A DNA stretch of 64,000 bases from Eledone cirrhosa. Taxonomy: Eukaryota. The number at the start of each line of letters is the position of its first letter. Positions within the stretch are counted from its first letter, which is position 1. Position numbers and translations under genes: made by a program. The notes under the pieces are model-generated. The model was not told where the DNA came from, ran no database searches, and saw only the letters and a list, made by a program, of their open reading frames with translations. Location of the stretch: positions 36,890,001-36,954,000 of the forward strand of contig OZ024755.1 in the NCBI GenBank assembly GCA_964016885.1, given 5' to 3'. Shown here piece after piece: positions 12,423-25,718 of the stretch.

Positions 12423-13110
12423 TAAATTAATATGTATGTGACGAAACACAGATACCAACACATCTGTATATATATTGCAAAAGAAAAATTTAGCCAGATT
12501 GAAGTATACTAATTATTATACTACAGTTTGTCCATATCGATTTAAAATAATAAATCAACGAAGACGAACTGTATTGCCAAGAGGCCGTGATGTTTAGACA
12601 CATTTAAATTTCAAAATCAAACCTGTTCCGTAGATAAGTTTAAACTTTAAGATCCAAATATGTTTCGAGTTAAATAAGTGTAGGAATATCATGTCCTGCT
12701 CTCCTCAGTAAACATCCAGAGACAAATTGATATGCTTCACTTCTAAATAATTTAAAAGACTGCGTGACGCACATGGTTTTACAGTATCTAACTAGTCTCA
12801 TAACCGTACTGCTAGAAATAACAGTCGTATATATGAGGCGGCTTGCAGCTCAAACTAGGAGCAGTTAAAATTAATAAGGTAATGAATTCTTTTACAATGG
12901 AATCAGCTCGAAGGAGGAAAATGCCCCCTGAGCAGTGTATAAATTAATATGTATGTGATGAAACACAGATACCAACATATCTGTATATATATTGCAAAAG
13001 AAAAATTTAGCCAGATTGAAGTATACTAATTATTATACTACAGTTTGTCCATATCGATTTAAAATAATAAATCAACGAAGACGAACTGTGTTGCCAAGAG
13101 GCCAATTGAT
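12423..13110 (-). mobile_element. cassette bounded by ~165-bp direct repeats with internal degenerate hammerhead
   Basis: 12423-12586 matches 12940-13103; minus CTGAGGA-gag...ctc-GAAA at ~12660-12710. Confidence 0.6.
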
Positions 13111-13934
13111 ATATATATATATATATATATATATCAATTGCATATATTCCACCAATGCAATTTATTCTGCGTTTTTTAAGAAGGTTCAACAGGACTACCT
13201 ACATGTAACGGCACTAGTCTTCCAATTAAATCACATACCCACGCTTTTATTCATTTAATTCTTCGCACTTATTAAGCATTTTTACGGTTCAAGAATTTGA
13301 AATGTGTGCATATATTTTACATTAGGCGTATATTCTGCGGTATGTGAATGCCCACGTTATTTGCTTAGAAATAAGAAGTTCAATCACAGGGTATAAATCC
13401 TCACTAATCTCATTGAAAATTAATACCGTTCTAGAACATATGATAAAACTTCCAGAGAAGAATGTTCGGTAGGAGAATTAATCTGTTAATGTCCTTCTAG
13501 AACAGCTGCTGTGCACTGACAGGAAATGTATCTCTAAAGAAATTTAAAGAAAATCAAGTTTTTTTTTTGTTGCAACTAACAAAGTATGTAGCTTAAAGAG
13601 AAAACAAAATTTGAACGATCTCTCCACCAAATTATTTCTCCATTCTTTGCTACAACAATTATATATTTGCGTACGTCTCTGTGCCATTGTATAAGCGCGT
13701 ATTATTCTACATACATAGAAACACACACACACACACATATATACATACACACACACGCACACACGCCCATATATATATTCATATATATACACATATATAT
13801 ATATATATATATACATAAACATACACGCATACATACACACACACACACAAATATATATATACATAAACATACAAGCATACATACATACACCACACACACA
13901 CACATATATATATATTCACATACATACATAATAC

Positions 13935-14241
13935 ATGGTGGTGGCTGCCAACTCGTTTTCGAGTAGGGCCACTACTTTATATCCATGTAGGAGAACCCCT
14001 ACCGATGCGCTGAACGAGTGTGACTTTTTAGTCCAGCCAGCGACTTGAAAACTCTGGTACAAACACTACACTTGTGACAATTATTGACACATAGTGCTGG
14101 GCCCATGGTAGCATGTGACGACTAGGGCAGGGAGATCTCCAGATATAAAGCAATGCCTTAGCCGTGAAGCTTTTATAGTGAGCAAAGGCACTGAACAAAG
14201 CCAGTCCCACTCTCTTAACCAAGATGATATTTACCAAAAAG
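13935..14241 (-). mobile_element. RTE-like LINE 3' end / derivative in (ACAT)n
   Basis: Minus strand encodes HKCSVCTRVFKSLAGLKSHTRSAHR* (C2H2 finger typical of RTE ORF ends); near-identical to 16957-17281. Confidence 0.6.
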
Positions 14242-14839
14242 AAGGACAAGTCAACATCATAATACATAATACATACATACATATATACATACATGCATAC
14301 ATATAGACATGCACACATACATACAAGCATACATACACACACACATATATACATATATATACACACATACATACATATATACATATATACATACATACAT
14401 ATATATATATACATACATACATACATACATATATACATATAGACATGCACACATACATACAAACATTCATACACACATATATACATATATATACACATAT
14501 ACATATATATACACACATACATACATATATACATATATACATACATACATACATATATACATACATACATACTTATGAGGTGGCTGTTTTTTCTAGATTA
14601 CCAAAATTAATTTAAATATGGAGGTCTAGAATTGTTTACCCGACAGCGTATATTGTTATATATAGACAACTATAAATATGTAGCTGAGACTACTGGATTG
14701 GAAATGATTTACAAACTCCTTATAGCCAATATATTTATCGAGAAATCTAGTTGCTATATATTTTTAAAGATCCTATCTTTTAAATCAATTTCCGAAAATG
14801 TAATAAAAATACATCCATAATTTTCTTTACATTATAAAA

Positions 14840-16270
14840 CTGATGGCGGGCTTGTGGAGACTGTCTGTGTATGGCCTGTAATCGGTAGTTCCTTCTCTGG
14901 CGAGAATCAGCCTCGAGATCAACTCGAAGGTGGGAAATGTCAACTACGATGCAGAGGGCTTTTCAGCCTCAGACCCTTACGTGCGTTCCATTCTCCGCCA
15001 GGTGCAGATGACCCCGAAAGAGAATGACCTCATCCTTGGGTCACCGATCATCCCGCCGGCCATTCGCTCCACCATCAGCTCCAGGCTCCAGCAGATCATG
15101 ACCCCTACGGGCAGACTGGGCTTGAATGACGCCCACCCAGCCCTCTTTCTGTTGAAAAACTGCTTCGCCATGCCGAAGCTCCTCTACACATTTCGTGGCG
15201 CTCCTTGCAACAGCCACGTATCTCTCCTCACTGACCTCGATACTTGTATCCGAGCAGCAGCTGAGGAGATATGCAACGTGAGGTTTGATAACTTTGGATG
15301 ACAACAAGCTACCTTGCCTGTTAGAAACTGTGGCCTTGGTCTCCGGTCTTCGGTCTCGCTGGCTTTGCTGGCTTTTCTTTCGTCGGTAACCTCTTGCCGT
15401 GCCCTCTTCAATAGGGTTCTCCACAACACAGCAGAACCCACAGTGATCGAGGAATGAGAGGCCACCTGCGAAACTTGGAACCGGCTCGAACTCGGCCCAG
15501 TAGCCGTGCCTCCTCATCTTCTCCCTGTTGACGTTAAATCCCACCAGAGCATATGGGATACCATCCAGTGCGACATGGCCTCGGACAGGCTAGCGCGCGC
15601 CAGCTCGATCAGCTCCACATCGCATGTTTTCGCTCCGCCTCGCAAACCCACTAACAAGAAGCTGGATAACGATAGGCTGCGAATCGGGGGTTACCCTGAG
15701 GCTTGGTCTCCGGATCTGCGAGCCACAAAAATGTCGCTGCGAACCCACAGTAGACTCTTTCGTCCTCCATCCACTGTCCTGTCGTTACAGTGCCGGCTGA
15801 TTTCGATACCATGCTGCTGTCAAGGCGACTATAAAGCATGGCTTGGATGCTGCATGCTTCCCCTCCCAGCTCAATCCGGTGGGGGTTGGAGCAAGGGGAC
15901 GGCATGACCAACTTCCCGTTCCGCATCTGGGATGCCAAAATGAGCGACACTTTCTCCAGCGGTAACCTGATGCAATCTGCGACTAACCCAGGCTCTGCTG
16001 CACTTCGGGTCGAGGAGGGCAAACTCTCCAAATATCGGTCGCTCTGCGACAGGTTTGCGATCAAACCCTTAGTAGAGGAGATTTCTGGTGTTCTTGGCCC
16101 TAGGGTCACCTCCCTGCTCACCACCATTGGTACAAATCTGGCTATACGCAGGTGTGAGCCTCGCGAGCAGAAATGACTCATCCAGCACGTCTCCCTCACT
16201 ATGCTCCGGGAGAAAGCCTTCTTTATTCTGTACGCCGGGGTCACGTAGCGTCCAGCGCGTGGACCCCATT
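14840..16270 (+). mobile_element. CRE-clade-like (RLE) non-LTR retrotransposon, 5'-truncated and degenerate
   Basis: LLKNCFAMPKLLY; QATLPVRNCGLGLR; GDGMT..PF..WDA...DTF; EEGKLSKY; EISGVLGP; several stops and frameshifts. Confidence 0.75.
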
Positions 16271-16362
16271 TGCTTATAATAGTGAGAGATGGGGAGAGTG
16301 AGAGAGACAGAGGCAGTGACAGTGGGAATTTGATTCCATTATGTTCAGACCCGATAAGAGAA

Positions 16363-16680
16363 GTCAACAGGAATGGACCTGTTATTTTTAGTTAAAAATA
16401 ACAGGTCCATTCATGTTGACATTTTTAAATAACAGGTCCATTCATGTTGACATTTTTAAATAACAGGTCCATTCATGTTGACATTTTTAAATAACAGGTC
16501 CATTCATGTTGACATTTTTAAAATAACAGGTCCATTCATGTTGACATTTTTTAAAATAACAGGTCCATTCATGTTGACATTTTTTAAAATAACAGGTCCA
16601 TTCATGTTGACATTTTTAAATAACAGGTCCATTCATGTTGACATTTTTTAAAATAACAGGTCCATTCATGTTGACATTTT
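16363..16680. repeat. 31-33-bp minisatellite x9 preceded by one inverted unit
   Basis: (aaataacaggtccattcatgttgacattttt)n; inverted unit 16363-16390. Confidence 0.9.
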
Positions 16681-16689
16681 ATTCAAATT

Positions 16690-16845
16690 CCACCCCGCCC
16701 GTCCCTTCAACCTATCTTATTTCTCATTCTTTCTTCTGATGAAGGATTAGCGTTAAGACCCTCTTCCTGCTATTTCAAGCGTTAACCTAATATATTCCTC
16801 CAATATACTGTACCGATTGTGTTGTTATTTCTGTTTACCTTTCAC
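16690..16845 (+). mobile_element. short repeat with deleted hammerhead; same family as 31249-31412
   Basis: Aligns to 31249-31412 but lacks attcgaaac. Confidence 0.65.
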
Positions 16846-16956
16846 ATACATACATACACACATACATACATGCATACACACATACATACATACATACATA
16901 CATACATACATACATACATACATACATACACACATACATACATACATACATACATA

Positions 16957-17412
16957 CATGGTGGCTGCCAACTCGTTTTCGAGTACGGCCACTACTTTAT
17001 ATCCATGTAGGAGAACCCCTACCGATGCGCTGAACGAGTGTGACTTTTTAGTCTCAGCCAGTGACTTGAAAACTCTGGTACAAACACTACACTTGTGACA
17101 ATTATTGACACATAGTGCTGGGCCCATGGTACCATGAGATGACAAGGGCAGAGAGATCTCCAGATATAAAGCAATGCCTGTGCTGTGAAGCTTTTATAGT
17201 GAGCAAAGGCACTGCACAAAGCCAGTCCCACTCTCTTAACCAAGATGATATTTACCAAAAAGAAGAACAAGTCAACATCATTGGATACCATCAGGGTTGT
17301 AGGTGTTATATCAGAGTTTTCCTTCTCCTAGAATTCTGCCTTGACAAAGGCTAAGGGGTCATCTCTCCCGGTGATTTTGGATGGCCATTGACTCTTAAGA
17401 GCTCCTTTGCCC
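16957..17412 (-). mobile_element. RTE-derived non-autonomous element in (ACAT)n
   Basis: C2H2 tail as at 13935, plus upstream ctaggagaaggaaaactctga motif shared with 38900-39260. Confidence 0.6.
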
Positions 17413-17443
<31 letters not shown>

Positions 17444-17480
17444 CATACATACATACATACATACACACATACATACATAC

Positions 17481-19282
17481 GAACCTAACCCATAACTTCT
17501 TTGTGGACGATCTGAAACTCTATGCCAAGAACATGGATGGGATGAAGAAAATTCTTGACCTGATTACAACGTTCTCAAAGGATATAGGAATGGAGTTTGG
17601 CCAAGATAAATGCTCATACATGACTGTAAAGCGGGGAAAAACAACAACCCAATCTAGCAACATTGTCATCAATGGCCTAACTGTTTCACCGATATCTGAT
17701 GAGGACTGCTACAGATACGTGGGGATAGATGAGAACATATCCTATAATGGTATCTGTAATAAAGAACGCGTAACCAAGGAATACTACACCCGATTAAGAA
17801 AGATCTGGTCATCGGAACTCTCTGCGCAAAACAAAACAGTGGCTCACAGTGTGTTTGCTGTGACTGTCCTAACACCAACGTTTGGAATACTCAATTGGAC
17901 GATAGACGAAATCCGAGCAGTTGATGTTGGAACTCGAAAAATACTGAACAACACCGGAAACTTCCACATCAAAAGTGACATAGACCGCCTTTACTTGAAA
18001 TGTAAGCAGGGAGGCAGAGGCCTAACATCAGTCCAGACAACATTTGAATGTTGCATATCTCTCCGACAACATAATACGAACCTCGAAGCGTAGGAGCCCA
18101 TTTCTCGAGCAAGTCTATCTGCATGAAACAGATAAGATCATGAGAGTTGGGAAGGAACTCCTTGAGAGATATTCCCTGTGTGATAATCAAAAACTCCCAC
18201 CCAGGGATGTCGCTCAGGAGTATCGCAGTGAATCCATGGATGAAAAACTGCATGCCTATCAGCAAAAAATCATGCATGGATATGTTGCCAGGAAGCTCCA
18301 GAGTGAGAGTAATATAGATAAGGAAAGTAGTCTATCTTGGACCAACAACCGCTATATTGGTTCCCACTTTGAAGGATATGCTTTTGCAATCCAGGAACAG
18401 GAGATTAGCACGAAATACCTGATTCACAAAAGAGATAGGGATGCAGGCAAAACACCTAGATGTGATAACAAGTGCAGACTCTGCAGAACTAACATCGAGG
18501 ATATCACCCATGTCATCAGCAGCTGTCCAAAGATGTCATCGCGGTACTATCTACCTATGAGGCATGATGTAGTGGCCAAAACACTGTACAATGCAGTTCG
18601 TAAAAAAGATAGCCCCAGTAATAAACACATTAAAAGCTACAGCAATGTGGAAGACATCCATATGAAAGAGTACTGGTGGAATGTTCCAGTAAAAACCCCA
18701 ATAAAATGCAAGCATAATAGACCAGATATTATGATATGGGACAAGGAAAAGAAGGCATGCACAGTAGTGGAAATTAGCTGCCCAGCAGATGCCAATAAAA
18801 TGCAAAGATTAGCGAAAAGGAGAATATTTATGCAGAACTGATGAGAAATCTGCAGATACTCCACCCTGATTACACCTTCAGATTTATACCTGTGATTATT
18901 GGGGCACTGGGGTATGTTAGTAACTGCCTCAATACAAATCTTGAGAAGCTGGGCTTCACAGGAACAGAAAGAACACAACTAGTTAGGAAACTACAAGTAC
19001 AATCCATTAATAGAACAGTAAAAATATGTAAAACATTCCAACAATTTTGCATCTAGTAACTGCATATACACATATAGAGATGCAAAGCATATACACATGC
19101 ACACATACAACTCAAAACATACACTTCCACACATACAATAACATCTATATCTACACATGCATGCATACATACATACCTACCTAGTTGATGTTGTGTAAAT
19201 TCCAATGAGAGATTCTTGTGTCTATGTTAGAAACCGATTCTCTCTATTGGTAAAACTTTGTGAAATTATAAAACCAGAAGAA
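17481..19282 (+). mobile_element. R4/Dong-clade-like (RLE) non-LTR retrotransposon, 5'-truncated, frameshifted
   Basis: FVDDLKLY (RT), GMEFGQDKC, GGRGL, CRLC..E...H....C zinc knuckle, RHD, NRPDI...VEISCP (PD-D/E nuclease), PVIIGALG; (ACAT)n on both sides. Confidence 0.9.
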
Positions 19283-19617
19283 CATACATACATACACATA
19301 TATATAGAGAAAAGAAATAAGATTTCGCATCAAGCATAGCTTTATACAATATGTATAGAAATGTCGTACTTCTAAAGAAATACTGGCATAGCTACGGCTT
19401 CCTAAAACCGTATTTCTTTAGAAATACAAATTTCTATAAAGAGAAGAAGAATATCAAGTCAACAACTCTTTTCGAACATAAGTTCTGGCAAGTTTGACGA
19501 GAGAGAGTTGTTGACTTGTGAACTATGATTTCTAGCAGACAACTGATGATGGATATTACCCTCTTTCGCCTGTAACTTTTATTTTCATTTTACTTACTTG
19601 AAACCACACAGCCCGCC

Positions 19618-19737
<120 letters not shown>

Positions 19738-19763
19738 AATGGATACAGTTCAGTAAAAGGAAT

Positions 19764-19884
19764 TTATTGACACGTGTTTCAATAACAGTTATATCACCTG
19801 AAAACGGCTGCTATCTACAAAGTATTAATTATGCAGACACTCAATATTTCAATGTTATTTTCAACTATCATTTCATCAGAATAA
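19764..19884 (-). ncRNA. type I hammerhead with ~90-nt stem II domain
   Basis: Minus: ttatt-CTGATGA-aatgatag...ctgttatt-GAAA-cacgtg-TC-aataa. Confidence 0.7.
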
Positions 19885-20083
19885 TCTCATTGAGAACTTG
19901 TTTGGTTTTTATAGAGAATATTAAGAGGGAGGGGTGAAGTTAGAAGAATAGTTAAGGATAAGGAAGTGGATAGAGATTTTTGATAGCAGTGGGTAATTAG
20001 ATTCCCATCTGTTGTTTTGACATTTTTATAGAATACATTATTTGGCGTTGGTTATTTTTCTAATATATATATATTTAATACTT

Positions 20084-20203
20084 AGAAGAAGAGGAAGAAG
20101 AAGAAGAAAAAGAAAAAGAAAAAGAAAAAGAAAAAGAAGAAGAAGAAAAAAAGAAAAAGAAAAAGAAAAAGATGAAGAAGAAGAAGAAGAAAAAGAAAAA
20201 GAA

Positions 20204-20234
<31 letters not shown>

Positions 20235-20276
20235 AAGAAGAAGAAGAAGAAGAAGAAAAAGAAGAAGAAGAAGAAG
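20084..20276. repeat. (GAA)n/(GAAAAA)n microsatellite
   Basis: Read directly. Confidence 0.95.
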
Positions 20277-20499
20277 CTACTGTAAAGATTAACGACTCGA
20301 AAATTATATTCGGTATACAGATAAAGAAAGCAAGTGAAAATTTACAGAAAAGTGAGAAGAATATTTATGTAAATTAATGCTCCATTCCATTCATAACAGA
20401 GTCGTACATTTTAAACACACCCTCCTTCTCACACTCATACACTCACACATACTTCTCTTACCTTCCTCTTCTCCTTTTTGTTCACCCATTTACACATGA

Positions 20500-22590
20500 G
20501 AGTGTCGTCGGAGCAGAGTCCCCAAACGCTCCTTCCAGCGGGTCCTGTCAGAAGCAACTGATCTGGCTGTATCACCAAGCGTGACCAGTCACGGTCTTGG
20601 ATTTTATCCAACCATCTTGCTCGGAGTCAACCCCTGGGACTCTCGCCGGTTGGTTTTGCCCGTAAAATCTGTCCAGTGATTCTTTCCTGAAACATTCTAA
20701 CCACATGCCCATAGTATCGGAGCTGTGATCTCTCAATTCAGAGAAGTAACAGCTCTACCTGGAGTGACTCTCCAGTGATTCTTTCCTGAGACATCCTAAC
20801 CACATGGCCATAGTATCGGAGCTGTGATCTCTCAATTCAGAGAAGTAGCAGCTCTACCTGGAGTGACTCTCCAGCAATTCTTTCCTGAGACATCCTAACC
20901 ACATGGCCATAGTATCGGAGCTGTGATCTCTCAATTCAGAGAAGTAACAGCTCTACCTGGAGTGACTCTCCAGTGATTCTTTCCTGAGACATTCTAACCA
21001 CATTGCCATAGTATCGGAGCTGTGATCTCTCAATTGGGAGAAGTAGCAGCTCTACCTGGAGTGACTCTCCAGCAATTCTTTCCTGAGACATCCTAACCAC
21101 ATGGCCATAGTATCGGAGCTGTGATCTCTCAATTCAGAGAAGTAACAGCTCTACCTGGAGTGACTCTCCAGTGATTCTTTCCTGAGACATCCTAACCACA
21201 TGGCCATAGTATCGGAGCTGTGATCTCTCAATTCAGAGAAGTAACAGCTCTACCTGGAGTGACTCTCCAGTGATTCTTTCCTGAGACATCCTAACCACAT
21301 GCCCATAGTATCGGAGCTGTGATCTCTCAATTCAGAGAAGTAGCAGCTCTACCTGGAGTGACTCTCCAGTGATTCTTTCCTGAGACATCCTAACCACATG
21401 GCCATAGTATCGGAGCTGTGATCTCTCAATTGGGAGAAGTAGCAGCTCTACCTGGAGTGACTCTCCAGTGATTCTTTCCTGAGACATCCTAACCACATGC
21501 CCATAGTATCGGAGCTGTGATCTCTCAATTCAGAGAAGTAACAGCTCTACCTGGAGTGACTCTCCAGTGATTCTTTCCTGAGACATCCTAACCACATGCC
21601 CATAGTATCGGAGCTGTGATCTCTCAATTCAGAGAAGTAACAGCTCTACCTGGAGTGACTCTCCAGTGATTCTTTCCTGAGACATCCTAACCACATGGCC
21701 ATAGTATCGGAGCTGTGATCTCTCAATTCAGAGAAGTAACAGCTCTACCTGGAGTGACTCTCCAGTGATTCTTTCCTGAGACATCCTAACCACATGGCCA
21801 TAGTATCGGAGCTGTGATCTCTCAGTTGGGAGAAGTAGCAGCTCTACCTGGAGTGACTCTCCAGTGATTCTTTCCTGAGGCATCCTAACCACATGCTCAT
21901 AGTATCGGAGCTGTGATCTCTCAATTCAGAGAAGTAACAGCTCTACCTGGAGTGACTCTCCAGTGATTCTTTCCTGAGACATCCTAACCACATGGCCATA
22001 GTATCGGAGCTGTGATCTCTCAATTCAGAGAAGTAACAGCTCTACCTGGAGTGACTCTCCAGTGATTCTTTCCTGAGACATCCTAACCACATGGCCATAG
22101 TATCGGAGCTGTGATCTCTCAATTCAGAGAAGTAACAGCTCTACCTGGAGTGACTCTCCAGTGATTCTTTCCTGAGACATTCTAACCACATTGCCATAGT
22201 ATCGGAGCTGTGATCTCTCAGTTGGGAGAAGTAGCAGCTCTACCTGGAGTGACTCTCCAGTGATTCTTTCCTGAGATATTCTAACCACATGTCCATAGTA
22301 TCGGAGCTGTGATCTCTCAATTTGGAGAAGTAGTCGCTCTACCTGGAGTGACTCTCCAGTGATTCTTTCCTGAGACATTCTAACCACATGTCCATAGTAT
22401 CGGAGCTGTGAATCTCAATTCAGAGAAGTAGTGGCTCTATCTGGAGTGACTCTCCAGGGATTTTTTCCTGAGACATTCTAACCACATGCCCATATTATTA
22501 GAGCTGTGGTCTCTCAGTTCGGAAGAGTAGCAGCTCTACCTGGAGTGACTCTCTGATCTTCGAGTTACACCCTTTATCGAGTAACGTTAT
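20500..22590 (-). mobile_element. RTE-like LINE ORF2 3' fragment containing a 99-bp x ~19 tandem array (20673-22553)
   Basis: Minus: ITLLDK..NSKIR-[ESLQVELLLLxIERSQLRYYGHVVRMSQERITG]n-QILRAKPTG..PRG...RWLD. Confidence 0.85.
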
Positions 22591-23920
22591 TGCAAAGATC
22601 CTTCAGAGGAATCCCATTTCTGCTCCATGAATTCAAGCTCTGTATGCAATGAATTCTAATCTCACAGAGGTTAATTTTACTTTCCATCTTTCCAGAACTG
22701 ATAAAATAAAAATATGATTCAAGTACTGGGGTCAATATATTTGATTTTTCCCCCGTTGTAAATTGGTGACTTTTGCCGAAATTTGAAACAATTATTACCA
22801 CAGTGAAAATGCAGGAGAAATTTAATGAAATAATAAGCTAATGTAATCTCGGGTCTCGAATAAGCGTCCCTATCCCCGCTTAATTAATTTTTTAATCCCC
22901 CCTCCCCCCTGCTTATTAGATTTTCCTAATCTATCTCCCGTGACAATTAATTTTCTTTATGCATTAAAAACATTATACATGGCAACAAAAGAACATTACA
23001 AGAAATCCCATACGTTATAAAATAAATAAGAAGGTTTGTGGCCTCAATATGTAAACTAAATGACTAATTGTGGTTTTTAAAAAAAATCAACTAATACAAT
23101 CTAAAAAAATTACCTGTTCCTCCCGCTTATTCCACCAAGAATAGGAGAACAAAGACCAAAGTGAAGAACATTAAAAAGAAGCGCTAGCATTATTCACACA
23201 AGGGAACCTCTACGTTGTTACTTGATATGTTAGAAATGGCAGCCAAATATAAATATAACATTACATAATACAGTTGTAGATAAACAGGAAATGTGAGATT
23301 TGTACGAGATATAACCTAAAAACTTGAAATGCTGATCTAGGCCTGAATGACAACAACAAGAATAACAAAATGAAGTTAAATTTACGGCAAATTAAACCTA
23401 TGACGGTAAAGTTGTAAACCAGTGAATCGGAAATCTTATTTGTGACTGCTGAACACATCAAAACTAACACAATTATCTCAGGCGACATCTTGTTTATTAC
23501 GCTATAGTAATGTCAGATAATTTTCGTTCCTAACTCCTTGTATGTCAGACACATAGAAGCGGATTTATTTACATTTAGATCTGAAATATATTGTCATAGA
23601 TAGAAAACGTCTCCTATTGATTACTAACTCAACCTGTGAAGTATAAATAATTAGATTTGTGAAAGTCAAACAAACCTGTACAATAAGGGATGACATTGAA
23701 TTGAAAGTGTTTTGCCCTACACAGAGATTCAGATAACAATTAAATGATACGGGATTTAAGCTTTATTTTATGTTTACTGAAATACAGTCTTTTAGAATAT
23801 ATTTGACATCTTCAAATTTCAATATTAGGGGCTTTATTTATTTGCCAACAGGGTGCTGGATAGGGAGTATTATGGGGGAATTCTGAAACGTTCTCGGCTT
23901 TACATTATTTCCCCAAACTA

Positions 23921-24110
23921 ACGGTGGATTGGCAGTATCGGTAGTGCGTCAAACACCATGCTTTGTAGCATAGAGTTATGGCCCTTTATGTTCTGAGTTC
24001 AAATCCCGCTGAGGTTAACTTTGCCTTTCATCCTTACGGGGTCGATAAAATGAGGTACCAGTAATGCACTGGGATAATTGCTGGCCTTGTGCCAAAAGCA
24101 GAAACAATTA
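23921..24110 (+). mobile_element. SINE family A with TSD attatttccc(c/t)aaact
   Basis: Full body; flanking direct repeats at 23905 and 24107. Confidence 0.9.
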
Positions 24111-24229
24111 TTTCCCTAAACTGTTTTAGCACACCATATTGTCGAGGGCGGTTCAGCACCCTTTCGTAAAAGTACTAATAAGAGCGAAAGGTACTCAAAC
24201 TATACGGCCATATAAAGCGATCAACTCGT

Positions 24230-24430
24230 GGTGTAAGTAGGTTATGCCTGGAAGAAGGTTGGCTGGTCAGAAAAGCAGAGGCCGGCAGCCAAACGATGGC
24301 TTGACAATGTCAACTTATGGACTGGACTTGATCTTTGCTCTTTGAACTCTGCTGTTGTGATCGAACTTTGTGGAGAGAGATATCACATGTTGATGTGCAG
24401 TCTGTAACTGGCAGAGTTTAGCGTCACAAG
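24230..24430 (+). mobile_element. RTE-like LINE 3' fragment (same family as 36985-37440)
   Basis: LCLEEGWLVRK..RQPN/RWLDNV..WTGL; aligns to 37240-37430. Confidence 0.65.
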
Positions 24431-25718
24431 AGAATTCCCGAAATATTTAAAGAATTATTTGGTATTCACCATTAACAACACAGCTTTTTTTTTTGCTGAC
24501 GGATAAATACTTACACAAAACTGTCAGCCTTATGATCATGTTTTTGTGGTTCTTATTTCAATTCTGTTTCTTTAGTTATTGGTGTATTGGGAAATATTAT
24601 TATGTGCAATAAAATATTTTAATAGGTTTTGTTATTTTAATCTATTGAGCAAATGACATTTAAATGTACAGTTTTGTGTGACTGCGTTTATTGAAATATT
24701 AAGGAATAGAAACGAATCTGATATATAAACCATAAAATAACGTATATGGAATAAAAGTTTTTTTAGAATTACAATTAATCTAAAGATTTAAACAGCATGG
24801 GATTAGTTTGCAATACAGATATAACCCCGAACCTGCTGGAGTATTGCAGCATGCATTCGGTCGTTAATTTTAACAACTATTAAAAGAAATCATCCTTAAC
24901 TATAATTCTCTTCGTTATTAAATACAAACATTAATTATTTTCCTGAGTCTATAACCTCCCTAAGACTTCTTTTGTTCTGTACTATTTTCATGTTTGAATT
25001 TCCCGGTTATAAAATATATTTTTCTTTATCAAATCTAATTACATTAGCTAATATTTGTACACCTATTATGCCTGTATATCTGATTCAGCTGTTAAACATA
25101 TTTTCTCTAGTATATGTTTTACTTATGAAACATCCTTTTGGACATGCTTTCCTTGTTATTTTTTTTTATTGATTTTAAGATAGAAGAAGAGGTACCAAAT
25201 TATTTCTTGATCACTCCACAATCGTAGAAATCATATTACGCCAGGTTCGGAGAATATCTGTAACTGACATATTATAAAAATATATTTGTTGTTCTCTTTC
25301 TTTTTCAAACCATATTTTGTTCACCTTATACATATTTATGTTTGTTCACCTAATACGTATTTATAAATATTTAATAAGTATCCAATACATCTTTTTTATA
25401 TATATGTTACCTATTTTTAATTGGCACATTTGTGTATAGAACATATTTGGAAAACAGAACATATTTTTTAATAGGTAGGGTGTCGCTAAAATATAATATC
25501 ATTCACACGTAAAAAAAAAAGGATATTAAGGACCACATACATAGAACACCTGCAGAATCCTCTGTGATCAATACATTAGAAAAGTATCCGATTGACACAA
25601 AATGTCCGCAAATAATACAATGTATTACCTCTTAAAATATGATTTATATATCTTCCTTATAACTAATTAGGGTCTTATGGGTTGCGTTACCAAGGATTAG
25701 AAGAGTCGGAGGATAAAA

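Noticed and set aside
20673-22553. CRISPR-like regular array (also 16393-16680 and 48826-49225)
   Set aside because: Units are head-to-tail with no unique spacers, derive from LINE or SINE sequence, and the context is eukaryotic with no cas genes
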